Positions 1-10,022 of a stretch of 64,000 bases of DNA are shown piece after piece. Within the stretch, counting starts at the first letter, position 1. Every line of letters starts with the position of its first letter. Source of the stretch: Solirubrobacterales bacterium (GTDB lineage Bacteria; Actinomycetota; Thermoleophilia; Solirubrobacterales; 70-9); NCBI GenBank assembly GCA_017304845.1, contig JAFKLL010000011.1, positions 81,480 to 145,479 on the forward strand, given 5' to 3'. The notes below the pieces were generated by a model. That model searched no databases and was not told where the DNA came from. It saw nothing but the letters and a program-made list of their open reading frames with translations. The position numbers were made by a program, and so were the translations under genes.

Positions 1-483
1 ACCGGACGGGCTGTACCGCCGGACCAGGTCGTCGCCGATCACCCAGATCGATCCCGACTCCCAGGTGATGGAGTTGACGTCGACCCCGCCCGGGACGGGG
101 ATCTGCCAGGAGGTGACGGGGTCGCCGTCTTCGGTGAAGACACTGACCCGATCGCCGATGTGATCGAGCGCGTAGACGTTGTCGTCATCGTCCAGGGCCA
201 GATCGACGGGATCCTCGCGAGGGATGTCTCGCGGGGGAGAGATCTGCCAATTGGTCTCCGAAGACCCGTCGGCCTCGATGCGGATGATCCAGTTGCGCTC
301 CGCATCGGCCACGAACGCCCGCCCTTGATCGTCGACCGCCACGGCCGTCAGCCTGACCTCGACCGGCAGGCTCTCCCCGCCCCAACTCGCGGTCTCCCTC
401 AGCCCCGCTTCGGCCGGCGCGCTGAAGGCCGCCCCCAGCAGAGCGCAGGCCGTGAGCGCGTAGACGAAACCGAAGAACCTCAT
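1..483 (-). CDS. Secreted NHL-repeat/beta-propeller-like protein, N-terminal part only (ORF runs off the left window edge)
   Basis: Absent from the ORF track (no in-window stop). Manual reverse translation from ATG at 481-483 gives MRFFGFVYALTACALLGAAFSAPAEA (signal peptide). It is followed by repeats of the NHL type: GRAFVADAERNWIIRIEADG, DNVYALDHIGDRVSVFTEDG, GSIWVIGDDLVRRYSPSG. Third codon positions are GC-rich. Confidence 0.5.
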   Translation of the reverse strand, partial: MRFFGFVYALTACALLGAAFSAPAEAGLRETASWGGESLPVEVRLTAVAVDDQGRAFVADAERNWIIRIEADGSSETNWQISPPRDIPREDPVDLALDDDDNVYALDHIGDRVSVFTEDGDPVTSWQIPVPGGVDVNSITWESGSIWVIGDDLVRRYSPSG

Positions 484-568
484 GTTCAAACTCCCCAGAC
501 TGGTCATGTCCTGTGCAAACCGTCCCCGTCCGAAGGTTGCGGTCTCCCGGCCAGGGTAGGTTCCCGGC

Positions 569-2119
569 ATGAGAACGATCCTCGCAGGGGTGGTCGCGCT
601 GGTTTGCTGGTTCGGCATCACCGGGTCGGCCTTCGGGCTTGGCCTGGTCCGGGTGACCCCTCCCGGCTTCCTCAACGCCGACGCCAGCTTCCTCACCGCC
701 CCGCCGGACGACGACCGGGTGTTCATCGCCGAGCGCGGCAACCCGGCCAGTGACGTGGCTCGGATCATGGTGCTCGACGACGGGGCTCCGGTGGCGACGC
801 CCTTCCTCTCGATCTCCGGGGTCGACACCTTCAGCGAACGGGGGCTGATGTCCTTCGCCTTCGCGCCCGACTACGCGACCAGCGGCCGGTTCTACGTCTT
901 CTACATCGCGACGGGCCCGGACTCGCTCGACCCCACCGGGGAGCAGGGAGACATCCGCATCGTCGAGTACCGGGTCTCCGCCGCGAACCCCGACGTCGCC
1001 GATCCTGCCTCGGCGAGGCTGGTGCTCAGCGTCCCGCACTCGGCCGGAAACCACAACGGGGGCTGGATGGCCTTCGGCCCGGACGATCTCCTCTACTTCA
1101 CGATCGGGGACAACGCCGACTCCGCCAACGCCCAGAGCCTCGCCAACCTCTACGGAAAGGTGAGTCGGATCGACCCGGCCGACCCGCCGGGTGCCGCGGC
1201 CTACTCGATCCCAGCGGGGAATCCCTTCGCCTCGACTCCCGGGGCCCGTGACGAGATCTTCGCCTACGGGCTGCGGAACCCGTACCGGGCCTCCTTCGCC
1301 CCGGACGGGCGCCTGACCATCGGCGACGTCGGGGAGGGAACCTGGGAGGAGATCGACGCCGGCGACCTGAAGGGCAAGAACCTCGGTTGGCCCCACTGCG
1401 AAGGGTTCTGCTCGCCCCCGAACCCGGCTTACACGGATCCCGTCTACGCCTTCGGGCACAACGGCGGCGAGAACTGCGCCGTGGTCGGCGGCCACGTGGT
1501 CGAGGATCCGGACCTCACCGGGCTGACCGGCCGCTACCTGTTCTCGGACTACTGCAACGGCCAGATCCGCAGCCTCGATCTCGACGCGCCGGGCGGCGAT
1601 CCCCGGAGCACCGAGCTCAACACCTACAGCAACGTGGTCGCCTTCGGCCAGGACTCGCGCGGATGCTCATACGTGCTCACCCCCGCCGAGGTCTATCGGA
1701 TCGTCGGGGACGAATCCTCGGACGGCGCCGCCTGCCCCATCCCGCCGAAGCCCCCGGTCGACGTCACCTACCGCTCGTTCATCCCGAACCGGGCGGTGAT
1801 CGCCCGGCGCGTCTTCGTCTCGGCCCAGTGCTCGATCGCCTGCTCGGCGACCGCGAAGGCGACCGTGCGGATCAGCCGCAACCGGCACCGTCGGCGCCCG
1901 GCGACCTTCCGGATCAAGGCGGCCGCGACCCAGCTCCAGGCCGACCGGCGCGGGGCGCTCGCCCTGCTGATCCCGGCTCGGCGCATCCGACCGATGCGCA
2001 TGGCGGTCCGCAACGGCAGCCGCATCGTCGCCCGGGTGACCGTGACCATGACCGGCGCGGATTCCTCCGGGGGCTCCGGCTCGAAGACGACGCGCCTGGT
2101 GCGGCCGAAGCGCCGCTAA
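569..2119 (+). CDS. PQQ-dependent sugar (glucose/sorbosone) dehydrogenase, secreted, with extra basic C-terminal domain
   Basis: 516-aa ORF with signal peptide MRTILAGVVALVCWFGITGSAFG. Family motifs: RGLMSFAFAPDY, HSAGNHNGGWMAFGPDDLLYFTIGD, YGLRNPYR, GKNLGWP. About 130 extra C-terminal residues end in RLVRPKRR. Confidence 0.8.
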   Translation: MRTILAGVVALVCWFGITGSAFGLGLVRVTPPGFLNADASFLTAPPDDDRVFIAERGNPASDVARIMVLDDGAPVATPFLSISGVDTFSERGLMSFAFAPDYATSGRFYVFYIATGPDSLDPTGEQGDIRIVEYRVSAANPDVADPASARLVLSVPHSAGNHNGGWMAFGPDDLLYFTIGDNADSANAQSLANLYGKVSRIDPADPPGAAAYSIPAGNPFASTPGARDEIFAYGLRNPYRASFAPDGRLTIGDVGEGTWEEIDAGDLKGKNLGWPHCEGFCSPPNPAYTDPVYAFGHNGGENCAVVGGHVVEDPDLTGLTGRYLFSDYCNGQIRSLDLDAPGGDPRSTELNTYSNVVAFGQDSRGCSYVLTPAEVYRIVGDESSDGAACPIPPKPPVDVTYRSFIPNRAVIARRVFVSAQCSIACSATAKATVRISRNRHRRRPATFRIKAAATQLQADRRGALALLIPARRIRPMRMAVRNGSRIVARVTVTMTGADSSGGSGSKTTRLVRPKRR

Positions 2120-3864
2120 CGGTCGGCGCAGGTCCGGCGGACGACCCGCGTGGCCCGCCGGACCGCCCGGGTCGCACGGCGGTGACGACGGGCCGCGGCC
2201 TTGATCCGAGGCCGTGCGGCCCGCGTCCGCCGCAGCTTCTTCAGGCTGCGGCCCAGACGGGCCTTCTTCTTGACGGCCCGCTGCCGGGCCGCGCGGGCGG
2301 CGCGGCAGGCCCGATCGGGCCCGGGATCGGGATCGGCGAGCAACCGCTGATCGAAGCCGATCGCCGGGACGGCCGGGATCGGGTCGCCGAAGAAGTCGGT
2401 CGCGCCGCTCCCCGGCACGGCGAGCCCGGCGCCCCGCAGAGGCGAGCCGGCGACGGGCCTGAACCCCTGGGCGGCACCCATCCCCGAGCCGGCGATCAGG
2501 GGGCCGGCCAGCAGCGGGTCGAGGCCCAGGCCGTCGGTGCCGCCGACCGGCAGGTTGAAGAAGGCGTTGTGCGAGCAGTGGTCCCCGCAGGGGACGGCGT
2601 CATGCGCCTGGCGGGCGTAGACGAGGTTGTTGACGAACTCGAAGCTGCCCGGCTGGTACATCGAGTCGAGCGGCGCGAGCTGGATCGACGCGGTCGGGCT
2701 GTCCCCGACCACGGTGTTGTTGAACATGCGGATCCCGGAGAGATCGCCACCGATCCCGTCTTCGATCCCGCAGGGGCCGTGGTTGATCATGGTGGCGTCG
2801 TCGACGCTCAGGTTGAAGCGGACATCGGCCCGGTGGACCGCCTCGTCGGTGCAGAGCAGGACGAACCCGCCCTCGTTGTCATGGCTGTAGTTGCCCTCGA
2901 TCACGGTCCCGTCCTGGCGGTAGTCGACGTCGAAGCCGGTGCCGTCGCAGCCGTTCTGCTCCATGCCGAAGACCTCGTTGCCCCGGATCACCGTGTTGTT
3001 GGCGCGGAAGGTCCAGATCCCCGCGTTGCAGATCGGCCCCGCCGGATCGAGCAGGGGCCGCCCGGCCAGGTTGCCGCGGCTGACCACGTTCCCTTCCACC
3101 AACGCGCCGTCGGTGCCTCTCGGCACGATCCCGTCGCCGGCGACGAGGTCGATCCGGTTGCCCTCGATCACCACCCCGGTCGAGGCCTCCGGCCAGGGCT
3201 GGTCCGCGGTCGGGCGGTCCGGGTCGTTGGTGCCGGAGATCGAGATCCCGCTGCGAGAGACCGAGGTGATCCGGTTGCCCTCCACCCTCAACCCGTCGAA
3301 GCGGGCCGGGACCGGCCCGGTGACCGTGGCCTGGATCGCGGCGCTGCCGTCGCCGTTCTTGGTCAGGTCGCCGCCGACGTCATGGATCGCCAGGCCGGAG
3401 AGGGTGACGTCCTCGACCTCGTTCTGCGCGGTGACCATGACCCCGTTGCGGACCTCCGTCCCCTCGCCCAGGGCGCCGCTGCCGGGGTTGGAGATGTCCA
3501 GATCCTCGAGCCTCAGATGCGAGGCGTCGTCGAGCCGTACCGCGTCCCGGCCGGTGCCGACCACCTTCGGCGCATTGCCGGTGCCGTAGGCGCCGACCGA
3601 GGCGGGCTGCGACGCGGTCCCGCCGCCGCGCAGCCTGAGCTCCCCTTGGCAGGTGCTGCCGCGCCGGAGCAGCAGGCGATCGCCGGGGCCGAGATCGAAC
3701 TGAGCCGGCAGCGAGTTGAGGGGACTGGCGGCCGAGCCGTCCCCCGGGGTCGCCGCCGAGCAGTCGAGGTGCAGATCGCTCGCGGCGGCCTGGCCCGTTC
3801 CGACGAACAGCCCGACCGCAGCCACCCAGAAAGTCATCCCGACCATCCTCAGCCTCGCTCCCAT
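2116..3864 (-). CDS. Secreted right-handed parallel beta-helix repeat protein (pectate-lyase-like fold) with Arg/Lys-rich C-terminal tail
   Basis: Track ORF is 2116..4029; start moved to ATG 3864 (MGARLRMVGMTFWVAAVGLFVGTGQAAA signal peptide) because the upstream part overlaps the Nudix gene end. Periodic beta-helix turns are present: EGNRI, EGNVV, RGNEV, EGNYS, NNTV. Confidence 0.65.
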   Translation of the reverse strand: MGARLRMVGMTFWVAAVGLFVGTGQAAASDLHLDCSAATPGDGSAASPLNSLPAQFDLGPGDRLLLRRGSTCQGELRLRGGGTASQPASVGAYGTGNAPKVVGTGRDAVRLDDASHLRLEDLDISNPGSGALGEGTEVRNGVMVTAQNEVEDVTLSGLAIHDVGGDLTKNGDGSAAIQATVTGPVPARFDGLRVEGNRITSVSRSGISISGTNDPDRPTADQPWPEASTGVVIEGNRIDLVAGDGIVPRGTDGALVEGNVVSRGNLAGRPLLDPAGPICNAGIWTFRANNTVIRGNEVFGMEQNGCDGTGFDVDYRQDGTVIEGNYSHDNEGGFVLLCTDEAVHRADVRFNLSVDDATMINHGPCGIEDGIGGDLSGIRMFNNTVVGDSPTASIQLAPLDSMYQPGSFEFVNNLVYARQAHDAVPCGDHCSHNAFFNLPVGGTDGLGLDPLLAGPLIAGSGMGAAQGFRPVAGSPLRGAGLAVPGSGATDFFGDPIPAVPAIGFDQRLLADPDPGPDRACRAARAARQRAVKKKARLGRSLKKLRRTRAARPRIKAAARRHRRATRAVRRATRVVRRTCADR

Positions 3865-3884
3865 GCCGGCAGCGTAGCCGAGTC

Positions 3885-4367
3885 TCAGCTCTCGCCGACC
3901 AACTTCTCCAGCCGGTCGAAGAGCGGCGTCTGGCCTTCGATCACCAGATTCCTGGCGGTGGCCGGTGAAACCCACTCGACCCGGTCGACCTCCGGGATCT
4001 CCATCTTCTCGCCCGATCGGGGCGGCCACTCGATCTCACAGGTGACGCTGCTCGCCTCGGCCGGGTCGAGGTCACCCTCCAACGCCCAGGCCAGCACCCG
4101 CTTGCCGGATTTCTGGGTGATCTCGCCGAGGTGGATCGGCGCCTCGGCGGGCGGCTCGACCCCGACCTCTTCCCGGAATTCACGCCGGGCGGTGTCCAGG
4201 GGTTCCTCGCCGGGATCGATCTCGCCCTTCGGGATCGACCAGCCCCGCTCCTTCTTGGCCCAGATCGGGCCGCCCATGTGGGCGATCAGCACCTCGAGCC
4301 CGGAAGGCCCGGTCCGGTAGAGGATCAGCCCGGCGCTGACCCGGCCCGCTTTCTTCTTCTTGGCCAC
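3885..4367 (-). CDS. NUDIX hydrolase
   Basis: 160 aa. Nudix box GEIDPGEEPLDTARREFREEVG fits GX5EX7REUXEEXGU. Confidence 0.85.
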   Translation of the reverse strand: MAKKKKAGRVSAGLILYRTGPSGLEVLIAHMGGPIWAKKERGWSIPKGEIDPGEEPLDTARREFREEVGVEPPAEAPIHLGEITQKSGKRVLAWALEGDLDPAEASSVTCEIEWPPRSGEKMEIPEVDRVEWVSPATARNLVIEGQTPLFDRLEKLVGES

Positions 4368-4377
4368 CCGCCCGAGG

Positions 4378-5229
4378 CTACTCGGATCGCAGCAGCTCGG
4401 CCCGGACCTCGGCGGCGGACTGCCCGGCCTCGACCCGCTCTTCCAGGGTGATCGCTCCGTGACGCTTGGCGAGGCGCCGGCCGTCCTCGCCCAGCATCAG
4501 CGGCACATGGGAGAAACGGCGTGGCGGATCCAGTTCGAGCCGGTCGTAGAGCCAGAGCTGGCGGGGCGTGGTGTCCAGGAGGTCCGCGCCCCTCACCACC
4601 TCGGCCACCTCCTGCTCGGCGTCGTCGACGGCGACCGCGAGGTTGTAGGCGAAGTCGCCGTCGTTGCGGCGCACCACGAAGTCGTCGAGCACCTTCTCGG
4701 TCGGGCCGCAGACGTGATCCTCGAAGAGGACCCGGGCGCCGGCGGCGCGGACCCGGAGCGCGGCCGGGCGGCCGGCGGCGCGGCGCTCGGCCCGCTCGGC
4801 GTCGGTCAGCTCGCGGCAGGTGCCGGGGTAGGCCCCCTCGGGCGACTCCCCATGCGGGGCCGAGGCCGCCTCGCGGATCTCGGCCCTGGTGCAGAAGCAT
4901 TCGTAGACGAGGCCGTCGGATCTGAGTCGGCCGAGAGCCGCCTCGTACAGCTCGTGCCGATCGCTCTGGCGAACCGGGTCGCCGTCCCAGTCGACGCCGA
5001 TCCGCCGCAGCTCGTCGAGCTGGATCTCGACCCATTTCTCGCGTGAGCGACCCGAATCGACGTCCTCGATCCGGAGCAGGAACGGGGCGCCTCGTTCACG
5101 GGCGGCGCGGTGGGCGAGCAGCGCCGTCCGCAGGTTGCCGAGGTGGAGGCGGCCGGTCGGGCTCGGTGCGTACCGGCCCGCGCCCGCGCCCGGATCCTCG
5201 TCGCGGTGGATCAGGTCGGCTTCGCTCAC
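4378..5229 (-). CDS. gluQ: tRNA glutamyl-Q(34) synthetase (GluQRS, truncated GluRS paralog)
   Basis: 283 aa. HIGH-type region SPTGRLHLGNLRTAL, no anticodon-binding domain, Zn-binding pattern CFCTR...YPGTCR. Confidence 0.85.
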   Translation of the reverse strand: MSEADLIHRDEDPGAGAGRYAPSPTGRLHLGNLRTALLAHRAARERGAPFLLRIEDVDSGRSREKWVEIQLDELRRIGVDWDGDPVRQSDRHELYEAALGRLRSDGLVYECFCTRAEIREAASAPHGESPEGAYPGTCRELTDAERAERRAAGRPAALRVRAAGARVLFEDHVCGPTEKVLDDFVVRRNDGDFAYNLAVAVDDAEQEVAEVVRGADLLDTTPRQLWLYDRLELDPPRRFSHVPLMLGEDGRRLAKRHGAITLEERVEAGQSAAEVRAELLRSE

Positions 5230-6494
5230 CGGAGCGCCTCCGCCAGATCGGCGGCGAGATCCCCTCGGGGCTGGACCTCGACCCGTTCCAGGCCGAGCCA
5301 GGTCGCCATCAGCCGCAGCTCCTCGGCCAGCGCGGCCGGGGTCTCGGCCGGCGCGTCCTCCTCCGCCCAGGCGGCCTGGACCAGCAGGACGGAGCCGTCG
5401 CGGTCGGATTTGAGGTCGACCCGGGCGACCAGGGACTCGTCCATCAGGAATGGCAGCACGTAGTAGCCGTGGCGCCGCTTCGACTTCGGCACGTAGATCT
5501 CGATCCGGTAGTGGAAGCCGAACAGCTCCTCGAGACGGCGGCGCTCGAAGATCAACGGGTCGAAGGGGGCGAGCAGCGCCCGCGCCTCGATCCGCCGTGG
5601 CCGCCTGGCCTCGGGATGCATCCAGGCCGGCCCGGTGAAGCCCTCGACCTCGGCCGGGATCAGCCGCCCCTGGTCCGCCAGGCGTTCGATCGCCCGACCG
5701 GCCTCCCGGGCCGGGAGGCGGAAGTAGTCCCGCAGGCAGCGGGCGGTGCCGACCCCATGCGCCTGGGCGGAGATCTCGATCAGCCCGGCGATCGCCTCCT
5801 CCGGCCCCGGGGCCTCGGCCTGGTGCACCTCACCCGGAAGCACGCGCTCGGGCAGGTCGTACAGCCGCTCGAACTGGGCGGTGCGCCCGGCCGAGGTGAT
5901 CCGGCCCGACCAGAACAGGTACTCCAGGGCGCTCTTGACCGGGGGCCAGTTCCAACCCCAGTTCTTGCGGTCCGGGACGTGGTCCGGGTCGACCGCGCCC
6001 GCGACCTGGCCCGCGGTCAGCGGGCCGGATCGCTCGACCTCGGCCATCACGTCGGCGAGCAGCTCGGTCTGTTCGGCCGCCGCGCGGACCGTGCGCCAGG
6101 CCTCGCGATCGGCGCGGTCCATCCGCCACCTGAGCAGCCGGTGGGTCTCCGGCGGGACGAAGGAGGCCTCGTGGGCCCAGTACTCGACCAGCCGCCGGGG
6201 CCGTTTCGAACTGGCTCGTTCCAGCAGCCCGATGTCGTAGGGGCCGAGCCGGGAGTAGAGCGGCAGCAGATGCGCCCGGGCGAGCACGTTCACCGAGTCG
6301 ATCTGCAGCAGGCCGATCCGGTCGATGGTCGCCTGAACCTGGCGCATCGTGACCGGCCGCGGACGCTCGCGGCCGAACCCCTGGGCCGCCAGGGCGACGC
6401 GGCGGGCCTGGGACGAGCTCAGCCTGACCGGCCTCGTCGGAGCCGGGACCGGGGTCGTAGATTCCTGATTCGATTCGCGTCCGCGCACCCGCAC
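5226..6494 (-). CDS. ycaQ: YcaQ/AlkZ-family winged-helix DNA glycosylase (interstrand-crosslink repair type)
   Basis: 422 aa. LLQIDSVNVLARAH (Q-phi-D motif), VEYWAHEASF, APFDPLIFERRR and YRIEIYVPKSKRRHGYYVLPFL match E. coli YcaQ as I recall it. 4-nt overlap with gluQ. Confidence 0.7.
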   Translation of the reverse strand: MRVRGRESNQESTTPVPAPTRPVRLSSSQARRVALAAQGFGRERPRPVTMRQVQATIDRIGLLQIDSVNVLARAHLLPLYSRLGPYDIGLLERASSKRPRRLVEYWAHEASFVPPETHRLLRWRMDRADREAWRTVRAAAEQTELLADVMAEVERSGPLTAGQVAGAVDPDHVPDRKNWGWNWPPVKSALEYLFWSGRITSAGRTAQFERLYDLPERVLPGEVHQAEAPGPEEAIAGLIEISAQAHGVGTARCLRDYFRLPAREAGRAIERLADQGRLIPAEVEGFTGPAWMHPEARRPRRIEARALLAPFDPLIFERRRLEELFGFHYRIEIYVPKSKRRHGYYVLPFLMDESLVARVDLKSDRDGSVLLVQAAWAEEDAPAETPAALAEELRLMATWLGLERVEVQPRGDLAADLAEALR

Positions 6495-6528
6495 ATAATT
6501 ACCGGGCTATGCCACCGAGCCGAGGGGA

Positions 6529-7908
6529 GTGCCGATGAGTGGGGACGTGAGGGCGCATGCCTACCGGAATGTCATCGTCACAGCGGCGACCGCGGGCCTG
6601 GCCGGGCTCCTGTTCGGCTACGACACCGGCGTGATCGCCGGAGCCCTGCTGCAGATCACCCCGGACTTCGGCCTCGGCAGCTTCCAGTCCGGCCTGGTCG
6701 TCGGCGCCGTGCCGATCGGAGCCGTGTTCGGCGCCTGGTTCGCCAGCCGGGGCGCCGACAGGTACGGGCGGAGGAGCCTGATCCTGCTCGCCGGCGTCAT
6801 CTTCATCATCGGCGCGATCATCTCGGCGATCTCGCCGGGGACCTGGATCCTGGTCGCCTCCCGCGTGGTGATCGGCGGCGCGATCGGCGTCGCCTCGGCG
6901 GTGGCCCCGGTCTACATCAGCGAGATCGCCCCGCCGGACATCCGGGGCCGGCTCGTCACCTTCTTCCAGCTCGCGGTCACGGTCGGCATCCTCGTCGCCT
7001 ACCTGGTCGGGCTGGCCTTCGCCGACGCGAACGAGGGCTGGCGCTGGATGCTCGGCCTCGGCGCCGTCCCCGCGCTCGCCCTGGTGCTGGGCGTCGTGCG
7101 GCTGCCTTCCAGCCCGCGCTGGCTGCTGATGAAGGGCCGCGAGGATGACGCCCGGGCGGCCCTCCAGAGGGTGCGGACCGAGGGCCCGGAGGCGATCGAG
7201 CTGGAGATCAAGGAGATCGAGGCCAGCATGTCGATCCACGAGGGAACCTGGCGCGACCTGCTCGCCCCCGCGGTCAAGGCGGCTCTGGTGGTCGGCATCG
7301 GCCTGGCCGTCCTGCAGCAGGTGACCGGCATCAACACGGTCATCTACTACGCGCCGACGATCATCCAGGAGACCGGCATCGACTCCGACTTCTCGTCGAT
7401 CCTCGCCTCGCTCGGGGTCGGGATCATCAACGTCCTGATGACCGTGGTCGCGCTCAGGCTGCTCGACCGCCAGGGGCGGCGCACGCTGCTCTTCGTCGGC
7501 GTCTCGGGGATCTCGCTCTCGCTCTTCCTGCTCGGCCTGGCCTTCCTGGTCGGAGCCGACTCGACCGCCGCCACCGTGGTCGCGATCCTCAGCCTGATGC
7601 TGTTCGTCTCCTCGTTCGCGATCTCGCTCGGGCCGATCTTCTGGCTCCTCAACGCGGAGATCTACCCGCTCTCCGTGCGCAGCAAAGCGGCCTCGGCCGG
7701 GACCATGACCAACTGGTTCTTCAACTTCCTGGTCTCGCTGACCTTCCTGCCGTTGATCGATCTGCTCAGCCAGACCGGGGCCTTCTGGTTCTACGGCGCG
7801 ATCGGGTTGGTCACGCTCTGGTTCTGCTGGAAGTACGTGCCGGAGACCAAGGGCCGGAGCCTGGAGCAGATCGACGCGATCTTCGAGCGGCGCGCCTCCG
7901 GCAAGTAG
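6529..7908 (+). CDS. MFS sugar porter (sugar:H+ symporter family)
   Basis: 459 aa, 12 hydrophobic segments. Motifs GRRSLILLAGVIFIIGAII, PSSPRWLLMKGR, PETKGRSLEQID. Start may be ATG 6535. Confidence 0.85.
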   Translation: MPMSGDVRAHAYRNVIVTAATAGLAGLLFGYDTGVIAGALLQITPDFGLGSFQSGLVVGAVPIGAVFGAWFASRGADRYGRRSLILLAGVIFIIGAIISAISPGTWILVASRVVIGGAIGVASAVAPVYISEIAPPDIRGRLVTFFQLAVTVGILVAYLVGLAFADANEGWRWMLGLGAVPALALVLGVVRLPSSPRWLLMKGREDDARAALQRVRTEGPEAIELEIKEIEASMSIHEGTWRDLLAPAVKAALVVGIGLAVLQQVTGINTVIYYAPTIIQETGIDSDFSSILASLGVGIINVLMTVVALRLLDRQGRRTLLFVGVSGISLSLFLLGLAFLVGADSTAATVVAILSLMLFVSSFAISLGPIFWLLNAEIYPLSVRSKAASAGTMTNWFFNFLVSLTFLPLIDLLSQTGAFWFYGAIGLVTLWFCWKYVPETKGRSLEQIDAIFERRASGK

Positions 7909-7980
7909 CGCTACGCAAATCCGGCTGCGGGATCCGGTTCGATCCGAACTGGTCCAACAAGTCTGCGGTAGCTTTCCGGC

Positions 7981-9450
7981 ATGGAGATCCGCCCCCTCCG
8001 CGCCCTGACGATCCTTCTCGCCGCGACGATCGGCCTGTTCCTCGCCGCCGGACCCGCGGGGGCGAAACCGAGCCAGTCCTCGCTGCGCAACCCGATCCTG
8101 CCGCTCGACGCGACCGGCGACGACTCGCCCGACCCCTGGGTCTTCCGGCACGACGGCAGGTACTGGATCAACTACACCTCGAACGGGCAGCTGGTCTACC
8201 GCTCCGCCCCCCGCCTCGGGGCGCTGGCCGACGCGCCGGAGCGGAGGATCTGGCCGCCTGAGGGCCAGACCGAGCCCGCCGACCGCAGCCAGGAGCTCTG
8301 GGCCCCGGAGACCCACCGGGTCAACGGAGGCTGGTTCGTCTACTACACGGCCAGCGGCGGGTCCGACGACTTCGGCAACCACCGGATGTATGTGCTGGAG
8401 AGCAGGACCAAGAGCCCGGCCGGACCCTACGAGTTCAAGGCCGAGCTGGCGCTGCCCCAGCCGTTCGCGATCGACGGGACCCTGCTGCGGCTGAACGGCA
8501 GGCTCTACCTCGCCTACTCCGGCGGGCCCGGATTCACCCCCACCTCGATCTACCTGGCCGAGCTCTCCAACCCGTGGACCGTGAAGGGCCTCCCGCTGCT
8601 GATCTCCAGCCCTGACTATGGGTGGGAGCGCGAGATCTTCCCGATCAACGAGGGGCCCGAGCTGCTGACCCACGGCAACCGGATCCACATCATCTACTCG
8701 GCCAGCTGGTGCGGTTCCGGGCTCTACGCGCTCGGCCGACTCACCGTCTCGAAGCGGGCGGACCTGATGGACCCGGCGACCTGGGCGTCGGCCAAGTACC
8801 CCGACCCGGTATTCGAGACCGATGCCTCCCGGGGCGTCTTCGGCCCCGGCCACGGATCGTTCTTCACCACCGGCGGCGGCAAGGAGTTCTGGAACGTCTA
8901 CCACGCGACCGAGGAGGCCGGGAAGGGATGCTTCACCGGGGGCCTCAGGACCACCCGGGTCCAGCGCTTCACCTGGAACCGCGACGGCAGCCCCGACTTC
9001 GGCCGGCCCGTCTCCCTGAGCACCGACATCCGCGCCCCGAAGCTCGACCGGACGATCGCGATCCAGGCGGAATCCTCAAAGTTCTCCAGCCCGGGCCGCG
9101 TCAGCCGGCTCGACGAGCGCCGCTTCTTCGGCTACGCCGGCGTGACGCTGCTCCCGCGGCGCGGCGTTCTGCCGGCGATGAAGTTCCGTCTGGCCCAACG
9201 CGGCCGCTACCAGGTCTACCTGCGGGTGCTCGACGGACCGGACGCCGGGACCCTCACCCTGACCCGCCCGGACGGGACCAGGGTGAGCCCCGGGCTCCCG
9301 GGCGCGACGAAGGGCGCGATCGAACTCGACATGGGGACGATGCGGATCGGCCGGGGCCTGCGGACCCTCCGCCTGCGCGCCGCGACCCCGGTCGCTCTCG
9401 ACCAGATCCGACTCCAACCTCAACCCACCCCGAAGCGAAAGAGCCGCTGA
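7981..9450 (+). CDS. Secreted glycoside hydrolase family 43 with C-terminal CBM6/35-like domain
   Basis: 489 aa with a signal peptide. GH43 blocks DPWVFRHDGRYWINYTS, WAPETHRVNGGWFVYYTA, EGPELLTHGNRIHIIYSAS. C-terminal IQAES...YQVYLRV module; ends PTPKRKSR. Confidence 0.8.
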   Translation: MEIRPLRALTILLAATIGLFLAAGPAGAKPSQSSLRNPILPLDATGDDSPDPWVFRHDGRYWINYTSNGQLVYRSAPRLGALADAPERRIWPPEGQTEPADRSQELWAPETHRVNGGWFVYYTASGGSDDFGNHRMYVLESRTKSPAGPYEFKAELALPQPFAIDGTLLRLNGRLYLAYSGGPGFTPTSIYLAELSNPWTVKGLPLLISSPDYGWEREIFPINEGPELLTHGNRIHIIYSASWCGSGLYALGRLTVSKRADLMDPATWASAKYPDPVFETDASRGVFGPGHGSFFTTGGGKEFWNVYHATEEAGKGCFTGGLRTTRVQRFTWNRDGSPDFGRPVSLSTDIRAPKLDRTIAIQAESSKFSSPGRVSRLDERRFFGYAGVTLLPRRGVLPAMKFRLAQRGRYQVYLRVLDGPDAGTLTLTRPDGTRVSPGLPGATKGAIELDMGTMRIGRGLRTLRLRAATPVALDQIRLQPQPTPKRKSR

Positions 9451-9479
9451 GCGCCGCGGCCAGACCCTAGGATTCGTTC

Positions 9480-10022
9480 ATGTCACAGACTCCAAGCTGC
9501 TCGATCCGGGACTTTCGGATCGAGGACACCGAGGCGGTCCACCGCTGGTTCAACAACAGGGAAGCGACCAAGACGCTGATGGAGCAGCGTGAGTCATTCG
9601 AGATGGAGAACGCGGAGGGCTGGACCCGAGCGGCCATGAAGCAGGAGGGCGAGGACCGCAAGTACGCGATCGAGGTCCCCGGGTTCGAGCAGCCGGTCGG
9701 CTTCACCGCCCTCTACGGGCTCTTCCGCCAGACCGCCCCGGAGCTGGGCTGCCTGATCGGCGATGACGTCCGCGGGAAGGGCGTCGGCCGATGGGCCGAG
9801 CGCCTGACCGTGACCAAGGCCTTCGAGGAGTTCGGCGCCCACCGGATCTACGGGCGCATCCCCGCCTTCAATACCGCCGCCAAGAAGGTCGTGACCGCGC
9901 AGGGCTGGCAGTACGAAGGGAACATGCCCGACCACATCAGGCGCCCGGACGGGACCCTGCTCGATTGCGAGATCTGGGGCGCGTCCCCGCAGCAGTTCTT
10001 CGCCGCCGTCGAGAAGTGGTGA
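9480..10022 (+). CDS. GNAT N-acetyltransferase (RimJ/RimL-like)
   Basis: 180 aa. VGFTALYG...GDDVRGKGVGRWAERLTVTKAFEEFGAHRIYGRIPAFNTAAKKV is a typical Acetyltransf_3 core. Confidence 0.8.
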   Translation: MSQTPSCSIRDFRIEDTEAVHRWFNNREATKTLMEQRESFEMENAEGWTRAAMKQEGEDRKYAIEVPGFEQPVGFTALYGLFRQTAPELGCLIGDDVRGKGVGRWAERLTVTKAFEEFGAHRIYGRIPAFNTAAKKVVTAQGWQYEGNMPDHIRRPDGTLLDCEIWGASPQQFFAAVEKW

